Below the pieces are notes generated by a model that was given only the letters and a program-made list of their open reading frames with translations, ran no database searches and was not told the origin of the DNA. Below are positions 29,401 through 41,674 of a stretch of DNA of 64,000 bases, piece after piece. Source of the stretch: Bugula neritina (lineage: Eukaryota > Animalia > Bryozoa). Every line of letters starts with the position of its first letter. Position 1 is the first letter of the stretch. Location of the stretch: positions 17,918,995 to 17,982,994 of the forward strand of contig OZ037765.1 of NCBI GenBank assembly GCA_964035545.1, given 5' to 3'. The position numbers and the translations under genes are program-made.

Positions 29401-32400
29401 ATTTAAATTCAACCTATAAGCATCATAATGCTTGGACTATCTGGCTGATATTTATTTCTACCAAACTTCAATGCAAAATTCGTAATTTTTAAAGTTCATG
29501 AAACTCTGAGATGTTGGTGTGGCCGAATAACCCTTAATGGCTGATGTAAGCTTTCTTGGTTCTCTCTCATAGGTTTACAGATTGTAAGATGTTCCCATGT
29601 GACTCCCAAAGTGATGCCCAGACCCTGGTTAGGCATATTGTTCAGCAGAAGCTAAAAATGTTATCATCTCAAGAAATAAGGTCACAGATTGTAGCTGAAG
29701 AGCTTGCGTTTGAATGTGACGAAGATGACAAGGTTCCTACTATTTCTTGCAGCCTTAATGCTAATGTACCATTTCACTTCCTTGTGTATATTCCTGAATT
29801 GGAACTTTACCCAACGATAATCCGATAATTCCTGTGAAGATGTAAAGGTGTAGCACTACATTGTTCGTAACTGCTACATTGAGAGTTGTTCACCTTTATA
29901 TTATTGCAGCTTCATTTTTAAATTGGAGCTTAAAACAAATAATTCAAAAACTATACTAATCAAAAGGTAGCATAGTTACTTAGAGGTTGAGCTAAGCTCA
30001 ATCACAATATTGTAATATGAGTTACATATAGCTAGTTGTAATATTGTAATATTGAAGAGTTGTGGTTTATTTACGACAGGAAAAAGGCACTCTGAAGGTC
30101 ACGGGGTACATGCGTGGTCGTCGTCTGTCAGTCAACCGACTGGTGCATATTCCTGGATATGGTGACTTTCAAATAAACCGGATACTGGCTCCATCTGATC
30201 CCTACCCTCTGGTGAGACGTTCTGTCTAGTCTCTCGTTATTTTAAAAAAAATCTGCCGATTATAGCAGTTACACTGTGTTTTGTTTCCTTTTTATTTGTA
30301 TTCTCCTTCAGTCGGTAGAACTAAAGGAAAATACAAATAAAAAGTAAAGTTGTATATACAATAGATTTAACCATCACAGAAATTGAGATGTGTTTTTGTG
30401 CAACAACTGTTTTTTTTTAGGTAAACACTCCATTATCACTTTAATTTATATTGATAAAAATAATGTTTTCCTCTTGTTAAATAGTGATTACTAATCATTT
30501 GTTTCTTGTTATTGTATGGAATGTACAAAACTTGTAGCGTTAGAGTTGTCTTCCCTTCTAATGAAATGTAAAATTTCATTTAGGTGTTACGACCAGATAA
30601 AATTCAGAAAAACAATGAAAATGTTGAAATGGCAGATGCAGAATCAGTTGTGTTGTGTGTTGCTGATCCTGATAGTCAAGTTGACTTGGTCAGTGAAATG
30701 GCAGTAGATCCAATGGAAGGAGAGCAAACATGGCCGACAGACGAGGAGCTGGCTGAAGCAACTTCCAATGCCGGTACGGTTTTATGTAGTTCCTGTACAA
30801 AAAGTATTTGAATAAAATTATTTCATAAATCTAAGAGTTTTGACTGTCATTTATTGTTAAGATGAGGTCATGCTATTCACACGCAGCAATGGTGAAAACT
30901 AAGACTATGGTTAGAGTTCCAAAAGGCACCAGTTCATACCAGGCAGCCTGGATCACAGATGCACCAGTCATTGAGGAAAGTGATGGATCAGAGGCTTCTG
31001 AAGACTGTGCTGACAACACGGTGAATATTCTTTGTAAATATTATTGCATTTGCATGCGATAAAATGATGTTCCATGATTTTTTTGGTAAATCAGGTATGG
31101 CTAAGTGAACTTAAAGAGGCTACTTGTAGGTTCAATAACTAAGTTACAATAAGGAGTTGCTGTGAGCACAGAACCACTTACACTTGCCATATGCAGTAAT
31201 AGTGATAAGATGTTTTTCTTTATTTTCTTTTTTTTCTGCATTAAATACCGACAAATCCGAAAGCCAACAAAACATACCAAAGGCCAATATAATGGCTAGT
31301 CAATTCAGCACAAGTTTCTGTTTGAACTTTTATCTAGACAGACGTATTATTTGTTTGCAGGATGACATGGAAGCTATGAGTGACAATAGTGAAATCTCCA
31401 GTGATGAAGAGCTGGAGGCTGTTGAAACTGGTAATCTTATTGGATTTTTTGCTTTATCTAAGCTGAATGTATTGTCTAGCTTTTTATTCTTCAACTGGTA
31501 ACATCTTTTATAATCTAAACTACGTAGTCTATTATGAGGTTAAGGACATGCCATTTTAATTTAATATGATTTAGTATAATAAATTCATTCTGCTCATTTT
31601 ATAAGGTTCAACAGCTCCTTCCGTCACTTGGGGTGATCCTGTCAACTATGACCAACAAATGGATTTAGATCAAGAGAAAATAGCTCTAAACAAGTACAAA
31701 GAGGAGAGAGAGAATGAGCTGTTCCCAGACGAAGTTGACACACCAGAAAATATTCCGGCTCGGCTACGATTTGCAAGGTTTTTATACCTCTAACTCGTTG
31801 ATATCCTAATTCTTCTAGTTTTGCTGTTTTGTCAAATTCTTAAATCTCGCTAAAAGTAATTTTTGGATAAACACAAGGCTGGCATAAAATCAGAGTCTGC
31901 TCTGACATGTCTGCTAAAAACCTTTTCACCATAGGGGTTACAAATCTAGCAACCCACTTTTGTAGGTTTTTACAGCTTCGTGTATATACAATAATTGATA
32001 TGCCATAATTATGCTGAGCTGTACTCAAGTAGCAGTTTTTGTAGTAGTTGTAGTAAATGGGATATCTCTTTCTAGAATGCATGCACTGAGGTGTTTCTTG
32101 GATACTATTTGTTGAAGATGGATAATCATTTCCTTTCTCTCATTTCAAATTTTTTCGCTTCCTTTATTTGTTTATAGTATGAGATCACGAATAACCTAAT
32201 TCCTACATACCTATACTATGAGGAATTTTTCTTTTCAGTTTGAGATTTGAAAAACTAAAATTGAAGTTTTTTTTTAAGCATCATTAAAGTTGTTTTAAAT
32301 AGAAAGATATTCAAAAGTTTAGTCGGAATGCAAAATTGCTCATGAACGGTTTGGGATTTAGGTTTTGGTTTCTTGTATCAACAAACATGTTTTCAGGTTT

Positions 32401-35400
32401 TAAAAATTTTTGTTGCTAGATATCGAGGACTGAAAAGCTTCAGAACGTCTCCCTGGAATCAGAAAGAAAACTTACCCTTGGATTATTCCAGAATATTTCA
32501 GTTTGAAAACTTCTCAAGATATCGACAAAATGTTTTGAAGGAGAAACTTGGATTGGACTCCATCAGGGTGAGTGATTGAATAAGTCAAGATGCTACAATA
32601 GACTAGTTCTAGCACTTATGAATTTAAAGCTGGCAGTCAATAATGGGCATTCTCTGTAACCTATAATGGAAGTTGGTAGAATGTTTATAGCTTATAAATT
32701 AATTATATTTATACACACTAGGATTGTTTGTTATACCCAAAGTTAATTTACCTTTGAACTGTTTCTGGTGTGCTGATTCTGAATCTAACTTCGGGCGTTT
32801 TTATGGCAGCCTGTGCTATACTTGATAACTCACAGCTATGCAGTCATTAACTTGAAATGTTTGTAGAATTCTCACAACAACTAATTATCAGTCAGGGGTA
32901 ACATAATGATGCAAATGATACAGCACATGTATAGTTGTACAGTCTTTATGTCAACTACCTTTTACGTTTTGGTAATTTCTCTGTATATAGGACTCTCAGA
33001 GATGCAGATAGTAACTTCCAGCTACGGTATCTTCTTTATGCAGTTTTTTACTCTATGTTTTTTGTCTGAGCCAGGGCTTGAATTGATTGGTTATTGATTT
33101 GATCTGATTTGCTGTGACTGCCCAGCTCTGATATCTAATGTGACAAATTAAAGAACGAACAAACTTTTAATCATGTTATATATTTTGAAATATTAATACT
33201 GAATATGTGGGCTTGTCATAAGCTTTTTATTACTTTTTTTGCAGCATGGCCAATATATAACATTAGAGATAAAAGATGTGCCTAAAGAAGTATTTGGTAA
33301 GTTCTGTTGATCTTTTTTCAAATAGGATTAGTATTAGTATTTGTAAAAGGTTGATTGCTCCAATTTTTGAAGTTGTTGGAAGTTTCAAAGTTGTTACACT
33401 GGCAGCTCAGATGGCATCGAGTAGAGTTGCATAACTCTGGTGTTTATTGCAGTCATCTTTGTCAAGACTGATATTACAGTATTCTTCATGAAATTATGTT
33501 TCATACTCCAATAAATGATTTTAATGGTGAAGTATAAAAGATAAAAGCGATTTCAATCCAACTCTAATCATAGGAGTTGTCTTCTTTTGAAAGACAAGAT
33601 TCAGATAGAAGTAGACATCTTTTGCAACACATTACTGAAAACAGACGTTGGGATTTTCTAAAAGTTTATATCATTTATAGATTATTGGTAAAAACGCTTC
33701 TTTCTAAAAGGTTATTACCTAAAAATTTTGAAGTTTGCAAATCTGAAATACAATCTATTGCTTATTTGATTAAATTAAATTATCTGCATGCTAATATTTT
33801 ATTGTTGGATCATGAATTTGCTTCAATCACTTTGTGTATTTGGAATCATCATGAGTCAGTTTACTTCATTTAGTACACACCAGCGAATTATGACCTAACA
33901 TTAAAGTTTGCTCAAAATTTATTGAAATTTACTATACATGGTATATTTATGTGCTGATTCTCATTATGCACAACAGAAAAGGCTGGGAGGGGATTCCCCA
34001 ACATTAAAGCTCAAGTCATATGCACTTGATATCATATATGTGCAACCTTAAGAAAAAACCGTAAAGTCTGCAAATCCAAATTAGCTAATTAATTTGGAAA
34101 AACATGGGAAATTAAGCAAAATCAAAACTAACCTTGACTATTTAGTTGTATTTATTAATATGCTATTAGTTTTAGGCAAAAACCCATATATATTAGCAGC
34201 TAAATTGGGAAAAATAGCTAAAACTGGAGATTTCGAGTGTGTACTAAATTAAGTAAAATGACCCTCATCAGGTTTGAATTGTTTCTAGATGTCCACAGTG
34301 GGGATAAAGGGAACTTGTTAGCTGTTATTGGCTTACTATTGAGCGAACACAAAATGTCCGTACTACACTTCACTGTAAGGAGACACAGCTTATATACTGA
34401 ACCTGTGAAATCAAAAGAGAGGCTGATCATCCAATGTGGCTTTAGAAGATTTATATGCAACCCAATATTCTCAGACCACAGTAACTTAAACAAACACAAG
34501 GTATGTTTTACCTATTCTTATAATCGGTACATATGATTATACCCAAAATCTCTGTCGATTCTAAACGTGGTTCATGGTATAGTAATTGTAATATATCATA
34601 TTTTTCCAGCAAAGTCTAGTTTAAAGCAAATGACTGCAGCCAAGGACGAGGAAATTGTTGAGCTCAAATTATCAATTAATTTGGAATCTATGCTAATAAA
34701 AACCGTCTTCTGAGCACCCATGAATAATAAATGCTATTTTCTCTTAAATTCAAACTTTTACTTTGATCCTGGCATTTGTGATAACATGGGCTTGCAATTC
34801 CCTCAAAACCACGCGCAGTTTCAACCAACATTGTGCTGTTTTCTACTCTTGTTGTACACCCTCCTCCCATAGCTTAGAACTTGTTCATTTCAGTTTTTAT
34901 GCATTGTAAATCTATTAGAATGTGGTTCCCTTTACATTTAGTTAAAAATTTTAAAGAATTTTTTATAATCATAACTTATAACTCTCTTTTTACGAATGGG
35001 TTTTATAACAATATGTGTTATATTTGTTTATTTGATTCTTTGTAGTATGAGCGATTCCTTCCCCAGTCTGGTGTGTGCACAATGAGCACATATGCTCCGA
35101 TAATGTTTCCTCCAGCTTCCGTTTTGGTATTCAAAGAATCGAGCAATGGCCACGATCTTGTGGCGAGTGGGTCGCTGCTCTCTGTAGATCCTGATCGTCT
35201 GATTATCAAGCGAATTGTTCTCAGTGGTCATCCATTTAAAATTAACAAAAAGTCTGCAGTTATTCGATACATGTTTTATAACAAAGGTTAGTGCATTATG
35301 CATCCAACGTAGCATAATGTTTTTTGTTTCAAATATTATGTGATTTCAGTTAGTGTATTATGCATTTTAGCAAACAATATTTCCCCAGTCTTTTTTTCAA

Positions 35401-36287
35401 AAGCTGTGATAAGATATCAGATTAAATTGGCAAGAGCATTGCTGTGTGTGCTAAAGTTGCTGTTCTATTTTAATTGGTTACTGTTTATTGTGCTGCAGAC
35501 GACATTGAATGGTTTAAAAAGGTGGAACTGAAAACTAAGTGGGGCAGACGTGGACATATCAAGGAAGCATTGGGTGAGTGCATCAAGTATTTATATAGTA
35601 CATATATATGTGCATACGTTACATCTGTGTACATGTTACATCTGCCGTGCATATATTTTGCCGATATTAACTGGCTGACAAATGCATGTATTTGAACTTG
35701 CTACTAAAGTGTTGGGTTAGCTTAGTTAATAGTTAATTTGCCAACACATTAATCTGCTATACATACTATGGATTTGTATCATGATCATTATACTAGCTGA
35801 AAATTTAGGCAGTGGTAAATTTAATTGAACATTTCTAAAATTTTGCTCATTTGCTTCATTAACAATAGCTACAGTACATTTTAAAATGCCATTATGAGTA
35901 TTATGGATTTGACCTTTATTCTCGAAGTGATTGGATTTATACCATTAAAATTCAACCTAGAAATAAATTGAACTAAGATGTTGGCACTATTTTCATTCAA
36001 ATGAAATAATCATGACTTTCTTAAAAATATAACTATTGTAGCAGATAGATTGTTAATAGAGATCGTAGTAATTAATTATTCACGGTTTGAATTTCAACTC
36101 TATATAACTTTTAGGCACCCATGGCCATATGAAGTGCATATTTGATAGACAGCTGAAGTCTCAAGACACACCACTTCTGCTGCTTTACAAGAGAGTTTTT
36201 CCCAAATGGACTTACACAGGCTATGTGCCATCTTCATCAGTCAACCAAATAGAAGATGACCAGGAAATGAGAGAAATATTTAGATGA
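26422..36287 (+). CDS. TSR1: Pre-rRNA-processing protein TSR1 (pre-40S factor), 18 coding exons
   Basis: Starts MEAHRPGPLKQQNKRHNSGRH; motifs DPMEGEQTWPT, RVPKGTSSYQAAWI, FPDEVDTP, RYRGLKSFRTSPW, KRIVLSGHPFKI, WGRRGHIKEALGTHGHMKC. Exons 26422-26518, 27055-27125, 27252-27371, 28180-28292, 28384-28579, 29117-29187, 29573-29732, 30080-30211, 30584-30773, 30887-31020, 31361-31430, 31606-31777, 32420-32567, 33245-33296, 34289-34500, 35046-35286, 35499-35573, 36115-36287. Confidence 0.97.
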
Positions 36288-36306
36288 ATCTTTAATAATA
36301 CCTCAT

Positions 36307-36338
36307 TTTATTTGTAAAATGCACATGAATGAAATAAA
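36307..36338. terminator. Opposed poly(A) signals of TSR1 (AATAAA 36333-36338, +) and ZNF622 (36307-36312, -)
   Basis: Both lie in the 88-bp gap between the two stop codons. Confidence 0.6.
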
Positions 36339-36375
36339 ATGTGATACTATGAAATTTTAAATTTAATGCAGTCGT

Positions 36376-39300
36376 TTAAAACATGATTTGATTTCTAAAG
36401 TGCATCTGGCTAGTCTTGTTAGCCTTCACCCCAAGCTTCTGCCAGTGTTTGTGCTTTATACGCTGCATATACTGTATATCTTTCACACGCTTCTCCACAG
36501 CCATTCCTGAAAGTATTACATTAAACAATAAAGTAGGAATAGCAATTCTATTTATTCGGATTTTTAGTTCAACACTCAAATTTTTGAACCAGCCAACTGA
36601 TAAATAGGAAAATGAAAATCTTTAGAGTTTAATGAGTGCCTTTAATTAAAAAGACATTTAATGAACCTTTATTATAGACCTTCCGTAAAAATTTATCTAA
36701 GCCAGTGCTACATAGGAGTGACTAACTTTGAAGTTCAACTTTTAGTTCATCCATCAGCCGAAACTGGGTTATTTTAATGTATAATATTTATGATTATTTA
36801 CCATACTTTTCTTTATTGTGTATAAAGATATTGAATTTTGAAGTCAATATTATATTTCATCCTCAATATGTCCATGCATATGTATAAAACTCAATGTGTG
36901 CTATAATATGTATAGCATATTAAATTATAGAAAACCATATAACTGGTATTTTCGAGGAAATTACATTGCATAGCCATTGGTTTGATATTTTTCGATCACT
37001 TGAGCTTATAAATTAAATACTTTAAAATTTGAAAATTATATTCTGAAAAATATACTATAAATTTTGGCTTTCAAAAATTAGAAGATTTATAAAATAATTA
37101 AAAGTATTGTCAAAGTGTCCGGTTATTTACTTTTCATGGCTACCAGAAGTCAAGTTCAAAATTTGCCTTGATTCATTATTAGATATTTTCAAGATACATG
37201 TAAAGAACATTTTCTGTTGAAAGTTTCATGCTCTGTATACCCTTTGGCATAGAAAATAAATAGTTTTTTATTGTTAAGATTAGTTCGGGTGTGTACTTGA
37301 AATCTAAGCAATTATGAGAAAAGCCAACTGGCTTTTAGTCCAGCTTTAGTGTTCCTGAATTTGTTTTGCGGCAATGTGCAGCTGCAATCATAAAATGGAC
37401 TTGACATGATAGTCTACTAAAAATTGCAAATATATTATCTAATCAAATGTGAAAATTATTTGATTGAAATTATTGTTGTTGTGTAGTTGACTGATATGAG
37501 AAAAGTAAATGTAAAAGTCTAGCAGTATTCCCAAACAAAATCATTTTGCAGCAGTAAAGTTCATGGAGCTATTTTTTTTCTCAACGTTAGTTATTTTCCC
37601 CCCTACGTGTTTTAATCTGAAGTTTGTCACACAACTAGTCCCAGTAAGTAATCTAGCTCTCTGATTTCCTGCTCTTTTATAAAGCATATGAAAAAGCAAT
37701 GTTTGCCAACAAGTAGTTGTCCCAGATTAACTTACCTGTCGCACCAGTCCAACCAAGAGCTTTATAGTGAGACATCACTTTGTTCACAACAGACCTTCCA
37801 TCTGCATTACCTCGGCTTACCAGATTTTGCTTGTAGTATTTGGCCAATGCTCTGTAAGCAGTATAAATGCATATCAAGAAACAATAAAAAGGCTAAAAAA
37901 GCAACTTTCCTATTCCAAGCTATTTGCTAGATTACCTGTGACCTATCTTAGCTCCAGATGGTAAAGTCATTTCATATTCATCAGACACATCTAATGTACC
38001 GATTTGAACTTCATCATCTGCATCTTCGGCATTCTCACCTTCCGGGTAACTCTTGCTGCCATTATATGACACAAAAATTAAGGCATTGACTAAATAACAT
38101 TGAACTAGAATACATGCCTTTCTTCTAGGTTGTTCTTTAAAATGTTTTGGATCACAGCATGAAATTCTAGGAGTAAGGGAAGTAGGGGAAAATATTTACG
38201 TGTAGTCGTAGAAATCTGCGTACTCATACACAGAGTCACCCTCATGAAGCACCATACAGTGGCCTTTGTCTAGCATGTGTTGCTGTGTTGCTTTAACTGA
38301 ATGGAATATCTTACTTCGGTCATTGCACCAGAGACACATTTTACCAGAGCCAATTTTCTCTCCTGCACAAAATTATGAACTTGGCTAATAAACATTGCTT
38401 ATCACTATTATCCATTTTATCAGATACCATGATAACCTAGAAGACAATGGCCGTCTGTTGACTTTGAGCGGTGTTAGCTTAAATATTCATCAGCATGGTT
38501 CAAAGAAATATTAAAGCACTGCTGGTTATTTTAGGAAATTTACCAAAATGAGAAAGTGAACCAGGAAAATATTCTATAAACATACCAAGGTAGCAGATAA
38601 GACCTTCCAGGTCTATAAGGAACTCTATATCTGGAATGAAGAAGCTGTGGGCTGCAGTCATATGCTTGACATTGGAAACTAATGACTTGCTTATTTTACT
38701 GCAAAATAAACACTCTTCAATTCCAAGGACATCATTATCCCACTCTTCAACCTCCTCATCTGCAGCGTCTAGGAGTATGATAAATGGAATTAGTACACTA
38801 ATAAATTATCAGCATTATAAATTCTCGAAACTACACACACCTAAAGGTTCACACCTTCTTTGATGGAATCTGGTTTCTCTATTGAGTTTACTTCCATCAG
38901 TTGCTCATCATCTTCCACCTTAGATACTTTGGCTTTGTGCTTAGCTGAATTCAGGTGATTTTTATAAGCGGCCTCATTTGACATCTTTTTACCGCAAGGT
39001 TCACAATAATATGACGTGCATTTGGCTCCCTCTTCAGTAGCTACCTGTAGTTGAATAATTCAACAATCATTTTCAATATTACATTCCTCTGAAGAATTAA
39101 ATAATAAGGTGGGTATAGGCTAGGGGAGATGAGTAATTTTGATAGTGGACCAATAATTATGTTAAAAACATTTATCAAGTGCAACAAAATTTATTTGCAT
39201 ATTTATATTACCAGACGTAATAATAATTTCAAACTCCTGGTTGTTTTCTAAACTTTTACCTGGGCTTTTAGAGCTAGCACTCGCTGACTGAAGCCTTCCG

Positions 39301-39433
39301 CAGTAACATGAGGCAAATCTGCTACTTTTCTTTTAAGATTATATCTGTGCCAATCTGTCTTGTAGTGTGATCTTTGAAGATCAGCATCAGCAAAAGCAAC
39401 TCGACAAGTAATGCAAGTAAAAGCAGACGACAT
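36376..39433 (-). CDS. ZNF622: Zinc finger protein 622 / Rei1 (cytoplasmic pre-60S factor), 7 coding exons
   Basis: MSSAFTCITCRVAFADADLQRSHYKTDWHRYNLKRKVA; ECLFC, HSFFIPD, CLWCN, GHRALAKYYKQN, LGVKANK...HFRNQIMF. Exons 39260-39433, 38855-39044, 38586-38768, 38200-38362, 37936-38055, 37736-37851, 36376-36506. Confidence 0.96.
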
Positions 39434-39745
39434 CTAAAATACTGTTAAGTGTAGAAATGCAGTTCACTATATTACTTTGTTTAGTTTACTAGGAAATAAT
39501 ATTTTAAAGTCACAATACAAAATTTGAGTTGAACTACAAGTATTATTAAAGTTGTATAATTTATTAAGTACAAAGCATTAAAAACTATATACAGATAAGA
39601 ATAAAATAGTTTGTCAATTGAAAATAAAAGTATACAGGAGTTGTATTATTTTACTAGAGTTATCATTTTGTCAGGAACATATCTAAATTGTCCTACTAAA
39701 TCCTAATCTTCTGCTAATCATGATTTTAAAAATGGATAAAAATTG

Positions 39746-41674
39746 TTACAGCTGAGAAAAATTCGTTTCTATAAATGTTATGCAAAAGTCTATTAAATGC
39801 ACCCATTTATTTTGCTCTGCCAAAGAATAGATATTTTCAGTGAGCTGCAGTAAAATTCTGTGAGACTTTTCAACATGACAAACACATCTTTTATCTGCTA
39901 TTTGAGTAAGAAATTCATTATTTAATGAAAAAAGTGTTTCGAAAAGCAGTTCTAGCAGATTCTTGCTGCTAAGGAAAGCAATAAAATTCTTTCTTTGTCT
40001 AGAGCGTAGATCTCTATTTTTGAGCATAGTCAGTCGCAATTCACAGAAGTCCGACACCAAGTTAATAGATTTTACAATGTTGAATGTTGAAGATTGTAGC
40101 CATTTACACCACTCGGCCACACTCATAAAAACTGAAGATGTCAATAATTTCCGGGCATTCGGCTGTGGAACTCCTAAAGAGAACAACTGGTCAACAGAAA
40201 ATGACTTTTCTGAGCTGATGTTACATTTGAAGAATTTCAAAATCGAGGAACAGGACGCTTCAAATGTTTTGCTGTCTAGAACTTTGAATTCCAGATACAC
40301 GGGTACTTGGATGTTTTTTAATACCGTTAATTGATTACCGAAGTTCTCAAAGCATCGGACTAGAAAAGATATAGGATGGTATGCTGGCGAATAAAAGTGA
40401 GCAAGATCAGAATAAATATCACTAGATGATCCATCAAAAATGGTACACATAATTGCTGATGATATAATGTTGAAGACATAGCACCAAGTTTCTTGAGTAA
40501 TTTCATTATAGGAAATCTCCATGTGACTAAGTTTATCCCTTAGTCTAAGTCCTTTTGAATGGTAGAAGAGGTCAAAGATAGCTGCTCGTAAACGGTCTGG
40601 TAAAATATCGTGCAGTACGTTGTTAGTTGTACCATCATGTAGGTATTCTTCAAAAACATGATCTAATGTTGTGAAGAATTCATTATTAACAGCTGTCATT
40701 AATCTAAATGGACATCGGTTGTAGATGCAATAGGCCACTCTCATCCATTGTTCAAATGACGTAATTAGCAGTGACGTTGCAAAACCATACTTTCCTACTT
40801 TGGCATACTGCATAGCTAACTTGACTTCTTTTGATTTACAGTTGAACTTAGCTATTGCTGCTAGAAATTCATCAACCATATTATGTTTTTGAATAGCCAC
40901 ATTGTCCAGCAAATACAATAGGTTTACTTCAAGATATGGGCGGTGGGATGGAACAACTTTGCTCGCAGAAATAGTTTTGCCAATAATCACCAAAATGAAA
41001 AAAATTATAAGAGAATATTGTTCAGGCCCTATATCTACTGAACCAAATCCATGCCATACAAGATTTCTTATATTGAAAGATATAGGAGGACCAACAAGGA
41101 TGTCTAGTAGAGCCATTATGTCTTCTCCAAGTAAATCAAAAAGTACATCACTGGCCAGCAAATCTTTAAGGACAGTAGGGGTATACCCAACTAGGGTCCA
41201 GTGTACATTTTGCAGGCTGCGCTCTAAAATACTAGTTAGGCAGAGACATGCACAATATTGCACTTGTGTTTTGTTGCTTTGTGCATTAGATAACAGCTCA
41301 ACCAGGTTTTCAGCAGACACGCACAACCACATTAGATATTCTAAATTGTGCTCCACATATGTCTCCGAGTTCACTTTTAAAAGTGCTGTCTTTATTTGGA
41401 TAAATAAAGGGCCAAGATGTGAGGCCATTACTGAGTAATAATTTGAGTCACGATCTTTATATTTGCTTTGGTAGGTGTGGGTCTCAACAAGCAGTAGGTC
41501 AGTCAAAATATTCAAACTTATATTAGTTTTTGCAATGCTATTTTGATTTATCACAGCTAAAAGCTTTTTAACTGGCACTGATAAGGAACTAAAGTTTGAA
41601 TGTTCAAGTTCCAATTGTATCTGTGTTTGAAATGAATGCTGTCCAATACAACAATTCTTCCCTTTTTCAGACAT
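39746..41674 (-). CDS. ERMARD: ER membrane-associated RNA degradation protein (C6orf70, DUF4209/HEPN), intronless, 642 aa
   Basis: Uninterrupted ORF with LTSILERSL, LKDLLAS, GPPISFNIRNLVWHGF, NRCPFRLMTA...FFTTLD, GLRLRDKLSH, LRSRQRKNF, NKW, which match recalled ERMARD family blocks. Confidence 0.88.
   Translation of the reverse strand: MSEKGKNCCIGQHSFQTQIQLELEHSNFSSLSVPVKKLLAVINQNSIAKTNISLNILTDLLLVETHTYQSKYKDRDSNYYSVMASHLGPLFIQIKTALLKVNSETYVEHNLEYLMWLCVSAENLVELLSNAQSNKTQVQYCACLCLTSILERSLQNVHWTLVGYTPTVLKDLLASDVLFDLLGEDIMALLDILVGPPISFNIRNLVWHGFGSVDIGPEQYSLIIFFILVIIGKTISASKVVPSHRPYLEVNLLYLLDNVAIQKHNMVDEFLAAIAKFNCKSKEVKLAMQYAKVGKYGFATSLLITSFEQWMRVAYCIYNRCPFRLMTAVNNEFFTTLDHVFEEYLHDGTTNNVLHDILPDRLRAAIFDLFYHSKGLRLRDKLSHMEISYNEITQETWCYVFNIISSAIMCTIFDGSSSDIYSDLAHFYSPAYHPISFLVRCFENFGNQLTVLKNIQVPVYLEFKVLDSKTFEASCSSILKFFKCNISSEKSFSVDQLFSLGVPQPNARKLLTSSVFMSVAEWCKWLQSSTFNIVKSINLVSDFCELRLTMLKNRDLRSRQRKNFIAFLSSKNLLELLFETLFSLNNEFLTQIADKRCVCHVEKSHRILLQLTENIYSLAEQNKWVHLIDFCITFIETNFSQL

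Noticed and set aside
26519-36114. C/D-box snoRNAs in TSR1 introns
   Set aside because: No RTGATGA...CTGA pair with suitable spacing and terminal stem was found by eye
39963-41438. Plus-strand ORFs of 123 and 178 aa
   Set aside because: Antisense shadows of the ERMARD coding sequence
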